From contig NC_058368.1 in the NCBI RefSeq assembly GCF_018350175.1, positions 122,514,001-122,578,000 on the forward strand: 64,000 nucleotides of DNA, read 5' to 3'. The notes under the pieces are model-generated. The model was not told the origin of the DNA and made no database searches. It was given only the letters and a program-made list of their open reading frames with translations. A program made the position numbers and the translations under genes. The stretch is from Felis catus. Lineage: Eukaryota. This document shows, piece after piece, positions 27,525-39,417 of the stretch; within the stretch, counting starts at the first letter, position 1; each line of letters starts with the position of its first letter.

Positions 27525-30060
27525 AAATTTTTATTGGGGTAAAATATGTATAACATCAAATTTCCCACTTTAACCATTTTTAAGTGTACAATTCAGTGGC
27601 ATTAAGTACATCCGTGATGTTGTACAGCCACCACCACTATTTATTTCCCTAAGTTTTTGTTACCTAAACCCCATTTGTTTTTTCTTTAATTTCTTTCAGC
27701 AATGTTTTGTACTTTTGAGAGTACAAAGTTTTCACCTTGGTTATACTTATTCCTAAGTATTTTATTCTTTTGAACACTATGGAAATTGAATTATTAACTT
27801 CCTTTTGGGATTGTTAATTACCGGTGTATAGGAACACAACCAATTATTCTGTGTTGATTTGTTTACTGCGATTTTACTGAATTCATTTATCAGCTTTACA
27901 GCTTCCTTGTGGGTTCTATGGGACTTCCTCCCTCTAAGACCATGTCATCTGCAAATAAGGATAGCTTTACTCCTGCCTTTGCAGTTTGGATGCCTTCTTT
28001 CCTTTTCTTTCCTAACTGCTCTGGCTAGAAATTCTAGGACATTATTGAATAGCAATGGTAAGAGCAGGCATCTTTGTCTTTTTTCTGATCTTAGTGGGAA
28101 ATACTTTCATCTTTTACCATTGAGAATTGTGTTAGCTGTGAGTTTTTTGTAAATGTCGTTTAGCTTGTTGAAGAAGTATACTTCAACTCCTAGTTTTTTA
28201 ATGTTTTTCTCTTGAAGGGCTTCGGATTTTGTCAAATGCCTCTTTTGGGTCAAATGAGATAATGTTGTGCATTTGTCTTTTCCTAGTTCTATTAATGTGA
28301 TGTGTTATGTTGGCTGGTTGTCTTATGGTGAACCATTCTCACACTCCTGGGATAAATCCCACTTGCTCATCGTGTATAATCTATCAATATGCTGTTGGAT
28401 TCCAATTGCTAGTATATTGTTGAAGTTTCTTGCATCTATATTCATAATGAAAATTGTCCTATAATTTACTTTTGATGTCTTTAGCTGTTTTGCTATTGGG
28501 GTAAAGCTGGGCTCATAGAATGAGTTAGTGTTCCCTCTTCTGTCTTTTCAGAAGAGTTTGAGAAAGATTGGTGTTATTTCTTCTTTAACATTCAGTAGAA
28601 TTTACTGCTGAAGACATCAGATTCTGGGCTTTTGTTTGTTAGAAAGTTTGCATTTCAGATTCTTACTTGTAGGTTACCATTTACTTGTTACAGGTCTGTG
28701 AGATATTTTATTTTTTCTGAAGTCAAGGTAGGTAATTTGTGTTCTTCTAGAGCTCAGTTATTTGCATCTTTTTTATGTATGGCTAAACATTTGCCAATCT
28801 TGTTAATCTTTGCAAAGAAATGACTTTTGATGCCATTATGTTTATTCTCTATTTCATTTGTCTTTGCTCTCATCTTTATTATTTCATTCTGCCAGATTTG
28901 GGTTTATTTTGCTTTTCTTTTTCTAATTCATAAGAGTATGAAGTTAGGTTACTGATGTGGGATATTTCTTCTTCTCTAATGTAGACATTTACATCTATAA
29001 AACACCCTCTGAGCATTATCTTCAATGCATTCCCTAAGTTCTAATATCTTGGGTTTGTTTGTTTGTTTTTATTTATTTATCTTGGAGTATTTTCTACTTC
29101 TTGTGATCGTTTTTGACACAATTGTTGTTTAAGAATGTGGTATTTAATTTCCACATATTTGTGAATTTTCCAGTTTTACTTCTGTTGTTGATTTCTACCT
29201 TCATTTTGTTGTAGTCAGAGAAGATAACTTGTAAGATTTTAATCTTTTAAAATGTATTGAGAATGTTTTGTGGCCTAACATACGGTTTCCTCCCATGATT
29301 TCTTTTAACTCTTTGAGCATATTTAAGACAGTTGTTTTCAGGGTGCCTGGGTGGCTCAGCCAATTGAGCATCTGACTCTTGATTTCAGCTCAGGTAATGA
29401 CCCCAGGATCATGGGATGGAGCCCCACCTTGGGCTCTGCACTGACAGCATGGAGCCTGCTTGAGATTCTCTCTCCCATTCTCTCTGCCCCTCCCCTGTGC
29501 TCACTTGCTGTCTCTCTCTCTCTCAAAATATATAAACAAAGTTAAAAAAAAGAAAGATAGTTGTTTTAAAGTCTCTGTCTAGTATATCCACTGTTTGGGC
29601 TTCCTCAGGGATGATTTCCGTCAATTGATTGTGTTCTTCTGAATTGACCCTACTTTCCTGTTTCTTTGCATGCCTTGTGGTTTCATTGTCAAACACTTGA
29701 CATTTGAATATCGTAAGGCAGTATTCTCTCCTTCCATAGGGCTTGCTGTTTTACGATTGTTGAAGGCTATACTTGTCCCTTTTTAAGTAACTTTTACAAA
29801 CTACTTTTGCAAACACTGTATTCCTTGTCATGTGTCATCCCTGCAGTTCCTGTTATGTTAGCTTGTGTTTAGCTAATATTTTGACAGAGATTCCCTTGAA
29901 CACCAGGAGCATTTTTTAAGTTGCGTTTTTTCTTGATTTAGTGTTTCCTTGGTTAAAAAACCTTTGATTGCATTCCAAAATTCTGACAAAGTTAGCTCTG
30001 ACAGTTTCTGCTTGTTTTTTATGTTTCTGTTGATGGGAGCTTGGCACTGCCTACTCTAAT
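27525..30060 (-). mobile_element. Old fragmented L1 (L1M-type 3' end plus ORF2 pieces), interrupted by a SINE
   Basis: L1MB-like end (aagtgtacaattcagtggcattaagtaca) and antisense ORF2 motifs (catgtcatctgcaaa, ggataaatcccacttg). Confidence 0.75.
29341..29553 (+). mobile_element. Can-SINE
   Basis: SINE head and tail with TSD aaga(c/t)agttgtttt. Confidence 0.9.
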
Positions 30061-30267
30061 TTTTTGTTTTAGTTCCTCCTAATCTTGTACCCTATGTTTA
30101 AAAATAAAAATTATTTTGCTTCAAAATAAAGGTTAGTATTCTCCCAAAGAAGAATCAGAAGGATCGTGAATTTCAAAAGAGTACTCTATCTCTACTCTTT
30201 GACATCAAGTTTTTAAAAATGTGAGGATCAATCTTAGCCACTCATTACAGTATTACCATGTTCCTTT

Positions 30268-30327
30268 ATTCATTCCTTCATTCCTTCATTCCTTCATTCA
30301 TTCATTCATTCATTCATTCATTCATTC
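30268..30327. repeat. (CATT)n/(CCTT)n repeat, L2 tail-derived
   Basis: Direct reading; adjoins L2-like sequence. Confidence 0.85.
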
Positions 30328-32496
30328 AATACATGATTATAAAGTGCCTCCTATGTCAGGAAATGTCTCTGTCTTGCTAGTCATTGCTACCCTTAGATGT
30401 ACGAAGTGCTCTGGAATTATTTAGGGATCCTAAATGAGGGTCCAGGAAAGGCTTTCCAGAAGAGGAAGCATTTGATCTGGTTCCTCTAGGTTGAATAGGG
30501 GTAGCCAAGCAGAAAACAAAGGATAAGGGCATTTCAGAACTGGTATATCCTGAGAGTATAGATATGCCTTCATTATTTTAAAGGAAATGAAATGACAGAT
30601 GGTTGCCATTGGTAGGAAATACCCATGCTGTGTTCAAGAGGCCTGTGCTGTTTGCTCACCCTCTGCCCCTTCAATCTCATCCAGAGACATATCCCAAGGC
30701 ATCGTATTCCTCCAACCAAATCTCACAAGAATGCCTACCACAGCAACATCAATGCTTACCTGTATCCCCCCCAGTCTCCATTTCTGTCCCAGTGTAGCTC
30801 AAACTCACTGTATTGCTCTAGGAGCTGATTCATCACTGCTTAGGCACCATATTAGAAAAGACTCAGGTGTATTGACAAGAAAACCCTACTCAAGCCACAA
30901 GCCTGGAAAAGAGGTCAGGAATTCAGCTGTGATCTTTTTAGTAATAATTCATGGTCTCCTACTACTCACTCAGTCTTTAAATCCTGCTTCCCAGTTGGGG
31001 AAAAAAGGTTCACGACAAAACCATCAGCTTATCTTCTCCTCATTCCATCCATTTTCTTATTTGCATTTCATCAAAATGGAAATCTTTAACATAATTTTAA
31101 GCCCAACTAATTTTATTAATGGAGCCATCATTTCCATTTAAAGATGTACTTTAAATATCCTGCAAACCTGTTAACCTGTTGTTTTATCTGGTCTGTTTGT
31201 TTTGGTTAAATTATTTTAAGAGATGCTAGGGAAAGAGAGAGAGATAATTTTTATTATATATATATCCTCTGGATATATATATATCCTAAAAACCTTTATT
31301 AAGGGGAAGAGCCCTACATTGCATATTTTGTGTATAGGAAAATAAAACATTGTAATTTTTTTAATATATTTGATTTTATATATATTTTATATTTATACAA
31401 TAATATATAATACTTGATATATAAATACACATATCTAAATGAATAACTGTATAAATATAAATATATATTTATGTATATACCCACAAAAATAGGTATAACT
31501 CTAGTAGAGTTGTTTTGCTTTTGTTTTTTAACTTTTTCATGTGGGAAAATAGGTGAAGGGAGTCGTGCCTCAGATGCCTTCTGAACTTGTAAAGGTAATC
31601 TATGCAGATATTTATGTCTTAGGGGAAAGTGATATAAATGTAAATACTATCACCAGGCCAACGTCTTATTCAGTAAGAGATCCACTCAGCATCGAGACAT
31701 GCTAGAGGGTAGGATTTATTTTCACAGGGCTTACTACCAACCTCTTATGTCCAAAAATCTTACAAGAGACTTTTTTAGAAATGTCTGCTAGAATATGTTT
31801 TGTGTGTTGTTTTTGTTTGTTTTTGTTTTGCCTTAATGATGAAGACCTCTTATCTGTGGCTCTAAGGAAGAGGGAACATTTTCTTCTTTTGTAGACTTCT
31901 TTCACGGACTGCTGGGAGGGTCTTTGTGTTTCTAGACTAAGAAGTAGAATTGTCTTAGTACTGAGCAGAAAAGCAGCAGCCTTGAAATGTTCTAAACTTG
32001 TAATGAGGATAATAAAGGGGTAGAGTTATCTTGTTAAAAGATGGAATGTGTAACTATCTGTAATGATGGTTTCAACATGTTGAATACTCAATGCTAATAC
32101 AACTAGCAGAGGGGCAGGGGTATTGTTGATCTTCAATAGAGTGTTTGAAATCTGTTAGAGGGTACACATCCCTTCTTTCAGTGAGAGCTGTCATCTTTTG
32201 TGAATACCTCCTGTCATGTCCAGATGAGGCAGTGGCTGAAGTGGTTACTGAGTAAACAGCTATGTGGTTTTTTTGGAGTAATGATTTAACATTAACTTGT
32301 GTAATCTTTGTAAGCATTGATGCCTTTATTATATGGATAAAAAATAGGAATAGTAACAGGACACCTTGTAATTGATCTGAGAAGGAAGTAAGATAATGTT
32401 AGTAAGGCATAGTACCCACTAACTGGGTTAAGTTGTAGATTTAATAATGCCAAAAGCTTACCATATGACCCCTTGGACTTCTAGGCCCCCACTATA

Positions 32497-32676
32497 TCAG
32501 TGTTTCTCAACCTTAGCATCACATATAACCCATTTGGGAAAACTTCTTTTAGGATACTGGTGTCTGGATCCCACCCAAGATCGGTTACATTTGAATCTGG
32601 GAGTGTGGCTTGGGCATCAGTATTTTAAGAAGTTCTTCAGGTTGAGTTAAAAAGTTCTAAGGTTGAGATCCACTGG
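32497..32676. mobile_element. MER5-like hAT relic
   Basis: cagtgtttctcaacctt...aaggttgagatccactg terminal inverted repeats. Confidence 0.65.
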
Positions 32677-33834
32677 TATAGAATCCAGGATATGATTAAA
32701 TAAAGTAAAAGCATTAAATTTTTCCCTTTCCTCCTGTTTTCTCATTTATAAAATGGAGTTGATGTTGTTACACCCATTTCATAGACTTCTTCTGAGTCAA
32801 TTAGTGCATGTAATGATTTGTTATTATGTTTTACTTTTCCATTCTACGTCCTGACTCCTAACTTCTTTCTTTCCCACGTTCATACTCTTCTTCATGTAAG
32901 ATGCCTCTGCTTCTTTGCTTCCAGAATGTTCCCTATTTTATCCCTCTCTGCTCATCAACAGCTTTAAAGTATAGTAGTTCTATAAAGTATAGAACCAAAA
33001 AGGTAGACATACTGTGTAGGTGGTCTGCTATTGAGGCAAATGACTTAAGTCCTCTTTTACCATCTGATTTCCACGTGCTCCAAACCCCTCAGATTTTTTT
33101 TGGTGCCCCCTCCTTACATCCTGGTCTGCTCTCAGTTTGTTCTGCTCATCCCTGAGAAGTAAGTTCTAAGAGCTTTAACCAACCTTTCCTTCTCAGCCAC
33201 TTAAGACAAACATTCATCCCCCCAGTCTGTTCACCTCCCGCTCCTTCCCCTCATTTTCCCCTTTTGGCTACTGTTGTTGAATTGTCCATGTCACTGCACA
33301 TCTTAAACTTTTTCACCTAAAGCAGAGGAAAGAGAACGAACCCTTCAAGGGCCAGGGGTGGGACTGTTGGGGTCTGCACTGCCGTATCACAAACTCCCCT
33401 CTGAGTATCTGTCTTATTATATCTTTAAGTTAAATAGACTTATGAGATAGAGAAAAAAAATTCACATGCATTTCTGCATTTTAGTTGATTACAGTCTTGA
33501 TTTTTAATATTAAAATATTTTTAAATGTTAATATTTCAAAGTTTTTTAATGTTATATTTTTGTATCATTTTATATGTTCATATATGCATATATCTTTATA
33601 TATGTGTTTATATATTATATAGAAATATATAGAGAGAAACATATTACATAATATTTACATATATTTTATATTTTATGCATGTTTATATAAATATTTTGTT
33701 AATATATAATATATGCATATATAAACATATAAAATATTGTATATGTTTTATACATATATGATATATATGTATAAATATTATATAATAATTTATGTATGCC
33801 TATGTATTTATATTTTATGTAATACTTTGATACT

Positions 33835-36398
33835 AAAAAAAAAATTTGGTCAACTATACTCAAAGAAAAAAAAATCCAACCTAAAAAAAACAAGCTAAAC
33901 TAGCCAAGGAAAAAAGAGAAAGGACCCAAATCAATCAAATATAAATGAAAGAGGAGACATTACAACTGATAGCACAGAAATGCTAAGGAGAATAGAAAGC
34001 CACTATGAACAACTATACACAAACAAACTGGACAACCTAAAGAAATGTTTGTTTTGTTTTTTTTTTTTACTAAGGAAAACTCTTAGTAACATACAACCTG
34101 AAAATTCTGAATCAGAAAGAAATTAAAGATCTGAACAGACCAATTATTGGTAAGGAAAATGAATCAGTAATCAAAGCTCTTCCACCAAAGAAAAGCCCAG
34201 GACAGATACTTTCAGGTGTTAATTTTACTAAACATTTAAAGAAGAATAAACACCAATTCTTCTCAAATTCTTCCAAAAAACCAAAGAGGAGGGGACACCC
34301 CTAATCCAATTTTATAACACTAGCATTACCCTGATACCAAAGCCAGAAAAAGACACTAAAAGAAAAGGAAACTCCAGGACAATATCCCTGATGAATACAA
34401 ACACAAAATTCCTCAATAAAATACAAGCAAACTAAATTCAGAAGTACATTAAATGGATCATTCACCATGGTCAAGTGGAATATATCCTTAGGACGCATAG
34501 GTGGTTCAACATATGCAAATCAATAAATGTGAGATATCACACTAAATTGAAAGAGGAAAAATCACATCATCTCAAGAGACACAGAAAAAGGATTTGACAA
34601 AATTCTACATCTGTTCGTGGTAAAAACTCATAGCAAATTAGGTATCAAGGGAACATATCTCAACTTAATACAGCCATAAATGACTAGGCCACAGCTAACA
34701 TCAGACTCAGTGGTGAGATATTGAAAGCTTTTCTTCTAAGATCAGGAACAAGTCATGGGTGCCCACTCTCATCACTCCTATTCAACATAGCACAGAAGTG
34801 CTAGCCAGAGCAATCAAGCAACAAAAAGGTGTAAAAGCCATCAAAATTGGAAAGGAAGAAGTAAAATTGCCTATTTGCAGATGACGTGATTTTATATACA
34901 GAAAATTGTAAAGACTTCACCAAGAAACTGTTAGATCTAATCAATAAATTCAGTAAAATCGCAGGATACAAAATTAACATACAGTAGCATTTCTATACCC
35001 TAATGGTGAATTATCTGAAAAAAAATCAATCCCATTTACTTCAGCATCAACAAGCAATAAAATACTTAAGAATGAATTTAACCAAGGAGGTGAAAGATGT
35101 TTACACTGAAAACCATAAGACACTGATGAAAGAAATTAAAGACAACACAAATAAATGGAAAGGAATCCTGTGTTCATGGAATGGAAGAATTAGCATTATT
35201 AAATGTCCATACTACCCAAAGCCATCTAAAGATTCAATGCAATTGCTATCAAAATTCCAATGGGATTTGTACAGAAGTAGAAAAAAAAAAATCCTATCTA
35301 TATGGCACCACCAAAGATCCCAAATAGGCAAAGCAATCTTGAGAAAGAAGAACAAAGCAGGAAGCATCATATTTCCTTGTTTCAAGCTATACTACAAAGC
35401 TGTAGTAATCAAAACAGTATGGTACATACACATAGACCAATGGAATAGAATCAAGGGCCCAGAAATATACCCATACAAATACATACAACTAATGCTTGAC
35501 AAGGGAGCCAAAAATATTCAGTGGACAAAAGACAGTCTCTTCAATAAATGGTGCTGGGAAAACTTGACATACACATGTAAAAAATATGAAACTAGACCCC
35601 TAGATCTTATAAAAATTAACTCCCTGAGATTAACTCAAAATGGATTAAAGACTTTAAGACCAAAAACTATAAAACTCCTGGAAGAAAAAGTAGGACGAAA
35701 GCTGCTTGACATGGGCCTTGACAATGAGTTCTTGGATATAACACCTTAAGCACTCACAACAAAATAGAAAATCAACAAGTAGGATTGCATCAGACTAAAA
35801 AGCCTCTGCACAACAAAAGAAGTACTACCAGTAAAATAAAAAGACAAGTTATGAAATGGGAAAAAATATCTGCAAATCATTTATCTGATAAGGTGTTAAT
35901 ATCCAAAATATGTAAAATTCCTACAACTCAAAAGCAAAAACAGCAATAAACCCCCCAAATAATCCAATTCAAAAATGGGCAAAGGACCTAACTACACATT
36001 TTTCCAAAGGAGATATATGAAGACCAAGACGTACACAAAAAAGGGTGCTTGACATTACAAATAAATCAGTGAAATGCAAATCAAAACCACAAAAAATTGT
36101 CACCACACACACCAAAAAGACAAGAAATACCAAGTTGTGGCAAGGATATGGAGAAAAAGGAACTCTTATACATTGTTAGTGGGTATGTAAATTGTTGCAG
36201 CCACTATGGAAAACAGTATGAAGTTTCCTCAAAAAATTAAAAATAGAACTACCATATGATCCAGCAATTCCACTTCTGAGATACATTGAAAGGAAACAAA
36301 AATACTGTGTTGAAGAGACATCTACACCCCTGTGTTCACTGCAGCATTGTTTACAATAGCAAAGATAAAGAAACAGCAATGGATGATGTTGTAGTATG

Positions 36399-36450
<52 letters not shown>

Positions 36451-36973
36451 TACCAGAATATTATTCAGCCTTTAAGAAGAAGGAAATCTTGCCATTTGCA
36501 ACAACATGGATGGACCTTGAGGGTGTTATGCTAAGTGAAATAAGTCAAACAGAATGACAAATACTATGATTGTATGTGGAATCAATCCAACCAACAACCT
36601 CATAGAAAACACACCTTTGGAGTGATCAGAAGCAGGGGCTGGGGTCTGGGTGATTGGATGAAGGGGGTCAAAAGGTGTAAACTTACAGTTATAAGAAAAA
36701 TAAGCACCAGGGTTGTGATATACAACATGATGACTGTAGCTAAAGTTGCTGTATGATCTATAGAAAAATGTTAAGACAGTAAATCCTAAGAGTTCTTATC
36801 ACAAGGAAAAACCATTTTCTTCTTTTTTCTTTTTTTAATCTATGTGATGATAGATTTTTCTGAACTTATTGTGGTAATCATTTCACAATATATGAAAATC
36901 AAGACATTATGCTGTCCACCTTAAAATGATACAGGGCTATATACCAATTATATCTCAATAAAACTAGGGAAAA
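33835..36973 (+). mobile_element. About 3.1-kb decayed L1 (ORF2 RT through 3' end)
   Basis: RT motifs GCPLS (near 34757) and LFADD (34871-34885). ORF 35003..35749 is an ORF2 remnant. 3' end tatatctcaataaaact; many frameshifts. Confidence 0.93.
36402..36450. repeat. (AC)n microsatellite within L1
   Basis: Direct reading. Confidence 0.97.
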
Positions 36974-38127
36974 GCGAACAACTGTAATAAAGATGCTTCT
37001 AAGAATACTATGAATAAGCTGTATAATAGATATGTGTTTATATAAACATATACAAATTTTTAAATAAAAATCTTGGGGTAAAGCTGCCTCCAAGAAGCTG
37101 TATCAGATTATGTTTGTCCCACAGTTTCATTTCCCCCATGACTGACAGTAGAAACCCTCAGGGTTACAAATCCCCCATTTTGAGAACAAGAGTAAGTTTA
37201 GCAGAATCTTCTTTCCCTTTGTCTTCCTCCCCTCCCCACTTCTCCAAAATTTCCTCCTTTTTGTTTTCCTCTTCTATCACCTAAACATTCACTCAGGAAA
37301 CAAAATTCTCCAGTACATGAAGACTTGAATTTCCTAATTCCTAGATTTAAAAAAATGAATGAATAAATAAGTATTTTCCCTCAGGGAATATTTTTCCATC
37401 AGAAGTAATTTGGAAGTATTTCACTGCAGACTTTTGAAACATTTGATCTGGGTCTGACAGTGCCCTGGATCTGACGATTATCACTGTTTTGAGGTTAAAT
37501 TTTCTCATTATGACGGAAGACTCATCAAGAGATGTTGAAAGCTGGACAGTACTGAGTCAAAGCAAATGTTTTGCTTGTCTGGGACTCACAAAGAAGATTC
37601 TGCTCACTGCACCTGAGATATAATCAACTCTAGTACAGTTGTTGAGGGAATGGTTCCACCAGAACTCAGTGTGGAGAGATGTTTCCAGGCTATTCATTAA
37701 ATCCAAGTAGAACCTCCAGACCTTTCATAAGAGAGCTAGGAGATGACTGGCGACTAGGCAACCAGCTCAGTAAACCCTTTTCCCCACCCACTTCGAAGCC
37801 ATGATTTCTTCATGGGCTAAGTGGCTGAAAGACATCAAGCTCATGAACCATAACCCATGGCTTCCTTGCTGGCTCATTGTGGGGGATGGAGTTGACATGT
37901 TTTATCCTTTTGCTGTTTCTTCCTTATTTGCTCCCCTATTACTCTGGTTCGGGTCTCACTCCTGCCACACACTTTCAGATCGCGTTCATTTTGAAGATAC
38001 ACTGGTGCATCTTAGATTTGAGTCAATCGGTGAAGAGACAGTAGGTTATTGGTTGTTTGAGGGTCCTCGTTGGTCTGCTAACTGCATCTCTCTTCCCCTA
38101 CCACACCCCCATCTGTTCACCTGGAAG

Positions 38128-38192
38128 ATGTGCCTTCTTCAAGAGCATCTTGAGTCTGTCCAGAAGGAGTTCATAATTTTCAACAGAGAAAA
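38128..38192 (+). CDS. STK32A: STK32A coding exon (MCLLQEHLESVQKEFIIFNRE(K))
   Basis: ggaag acceptor, gtaagt donor, 65 bp, phase 0/2. FIIFNREK hydrophobic-motif-like segment. Confidence 0.93.
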
Positions 38193-38531
38193 GTAAGTAA
38201 CCCTGGTTAAACACCAGCCCAGCAAATGATGGCATGTTTCAGCCAGACTTTACTTGCAAAGCCTTAACACATTTTTTTAACGTTTCTAATTTGTTCTAAT
38301 TATACACATATCCATAATAGAAAATTTGGAAACTTCAGACACTTTTTTACCCCCTGTATAAGATTTAAAAAATTGCAATGCATAATTTAGCTTAGCATCA
38401 GGTTTCCATTTAGGGGAAGGTCCTTGGTTCACACCTCTTTCTAACTTGTTGGTCTTAATTCTATCATTTCAAAGCTTACATCTTTTCTTTTTCATTTCAA
38501 CAGTAAGCACTGTTTGCTTTTTTCTTTTAAG

Positions 38532-38625
38532 AGTAAAAAGGGACTTTAACAAAAGGCCAGCTAATCTAACCTTGGAACAAACCAAATACCCACAAGAAGA
38601 GAATGGCCAGAATGACAGCGTGTGA
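38532..38625 (+). CDS. STK32A: STK32A last coding exon ((K)VKRDFNKRPANLTLEQTKYPQEENGQNDSV*)
   Basis: ttttaag acceptor, phase 2 matches the previous exon, TGA at 38623-38625. Resembles the recalled human C-terminus [21 protein letters not shown]. Confidence 0.92.
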
Positions 38626-39269
38626 AATCCTCAACATCTTCTGCTCTGGACGTGTCCTGCCACCTCGGGCGGGAACTTCTGATCCCCACGCCAGGAATTG
38701 CTGACAGTAGTTCTCACCTCTCCACACCTCACACACCTCAGAAAATGTGAATGAATGCCTTGGGGAGGAGGCAACAGGATACAGGGAGTCCTGGGTCTCC
38801 TGGGATCTAGTTTCACCTCTAATCAACCGTGTGGCATTGAGCAAGTCACTTAACCGCAGCTTGGGTTTATTCATCTCAATGAGAGGGTTTTTCTAGATGA
38901 GCTCTGTCCTGCCTTTTTACTGCTACCATTCTGTTATTCTACACAGCCTTTATTTTTATCTTAAAAAGAATATTTGGACGTAGATTTATTTTTCCACATT
39001 CTAACTACACTGTGACAAATGGGCAGATAGACATTGGTGGGAGACTGAGTGAGCGAGGCTCTTCGGAGCTAGACAATTTCATAAACAGGTCAGAATCCCC
39101 ACGTCTGATTGAATAGGAATAAGGAATTCAATGGGGAAGAAATGGATGGGAACTGATTAGAACTAACAGATTTATGAGGGGTTTCTGGTTGTGCTCTGGA
39201 GTCCACACACCATTATCAGCTCACATCAGCTAGCAAGAGCTTACTGGGCGTGTCTTTCCCATTGCCCTG

Positions 39270-39417
39270 TACAGTGATTTGAGGGTGGGCAGTTGAAATT
39301 GGTGATGATTAGTAAATACTGAGACTATTTACATCATGGAAATGGGAAAATGCTTCAAATCAGGGCTTTTTCCCCCTTCCCGGTAAGCCTGTTGTGAGGT
39401 AGTTATTAGCATACTGC
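39270..39417 (-). mobile_element. MER63-like hAT relic inside the STK32A 3'UTR
   Basis: tttacatcatggaaat...caaatcagggctttt resembles the reverse of MER63 from memory. Confidence 0.5.

Noticed and set aside
30599..31141. 180-aa intronic ORF starting with ATG
   Set aside because: No recognisable domain or promoter context, and it begins at the edge of L2-derived sequence. Probably a chance ORF; a BLASTP or PhyloCSF signal would be needed to revive it.
35003..35749. 248-aa ORF, the longest in the window
   Set aside because: Frameshifted remnant of L1 ORF2, not a host gene or an active element.
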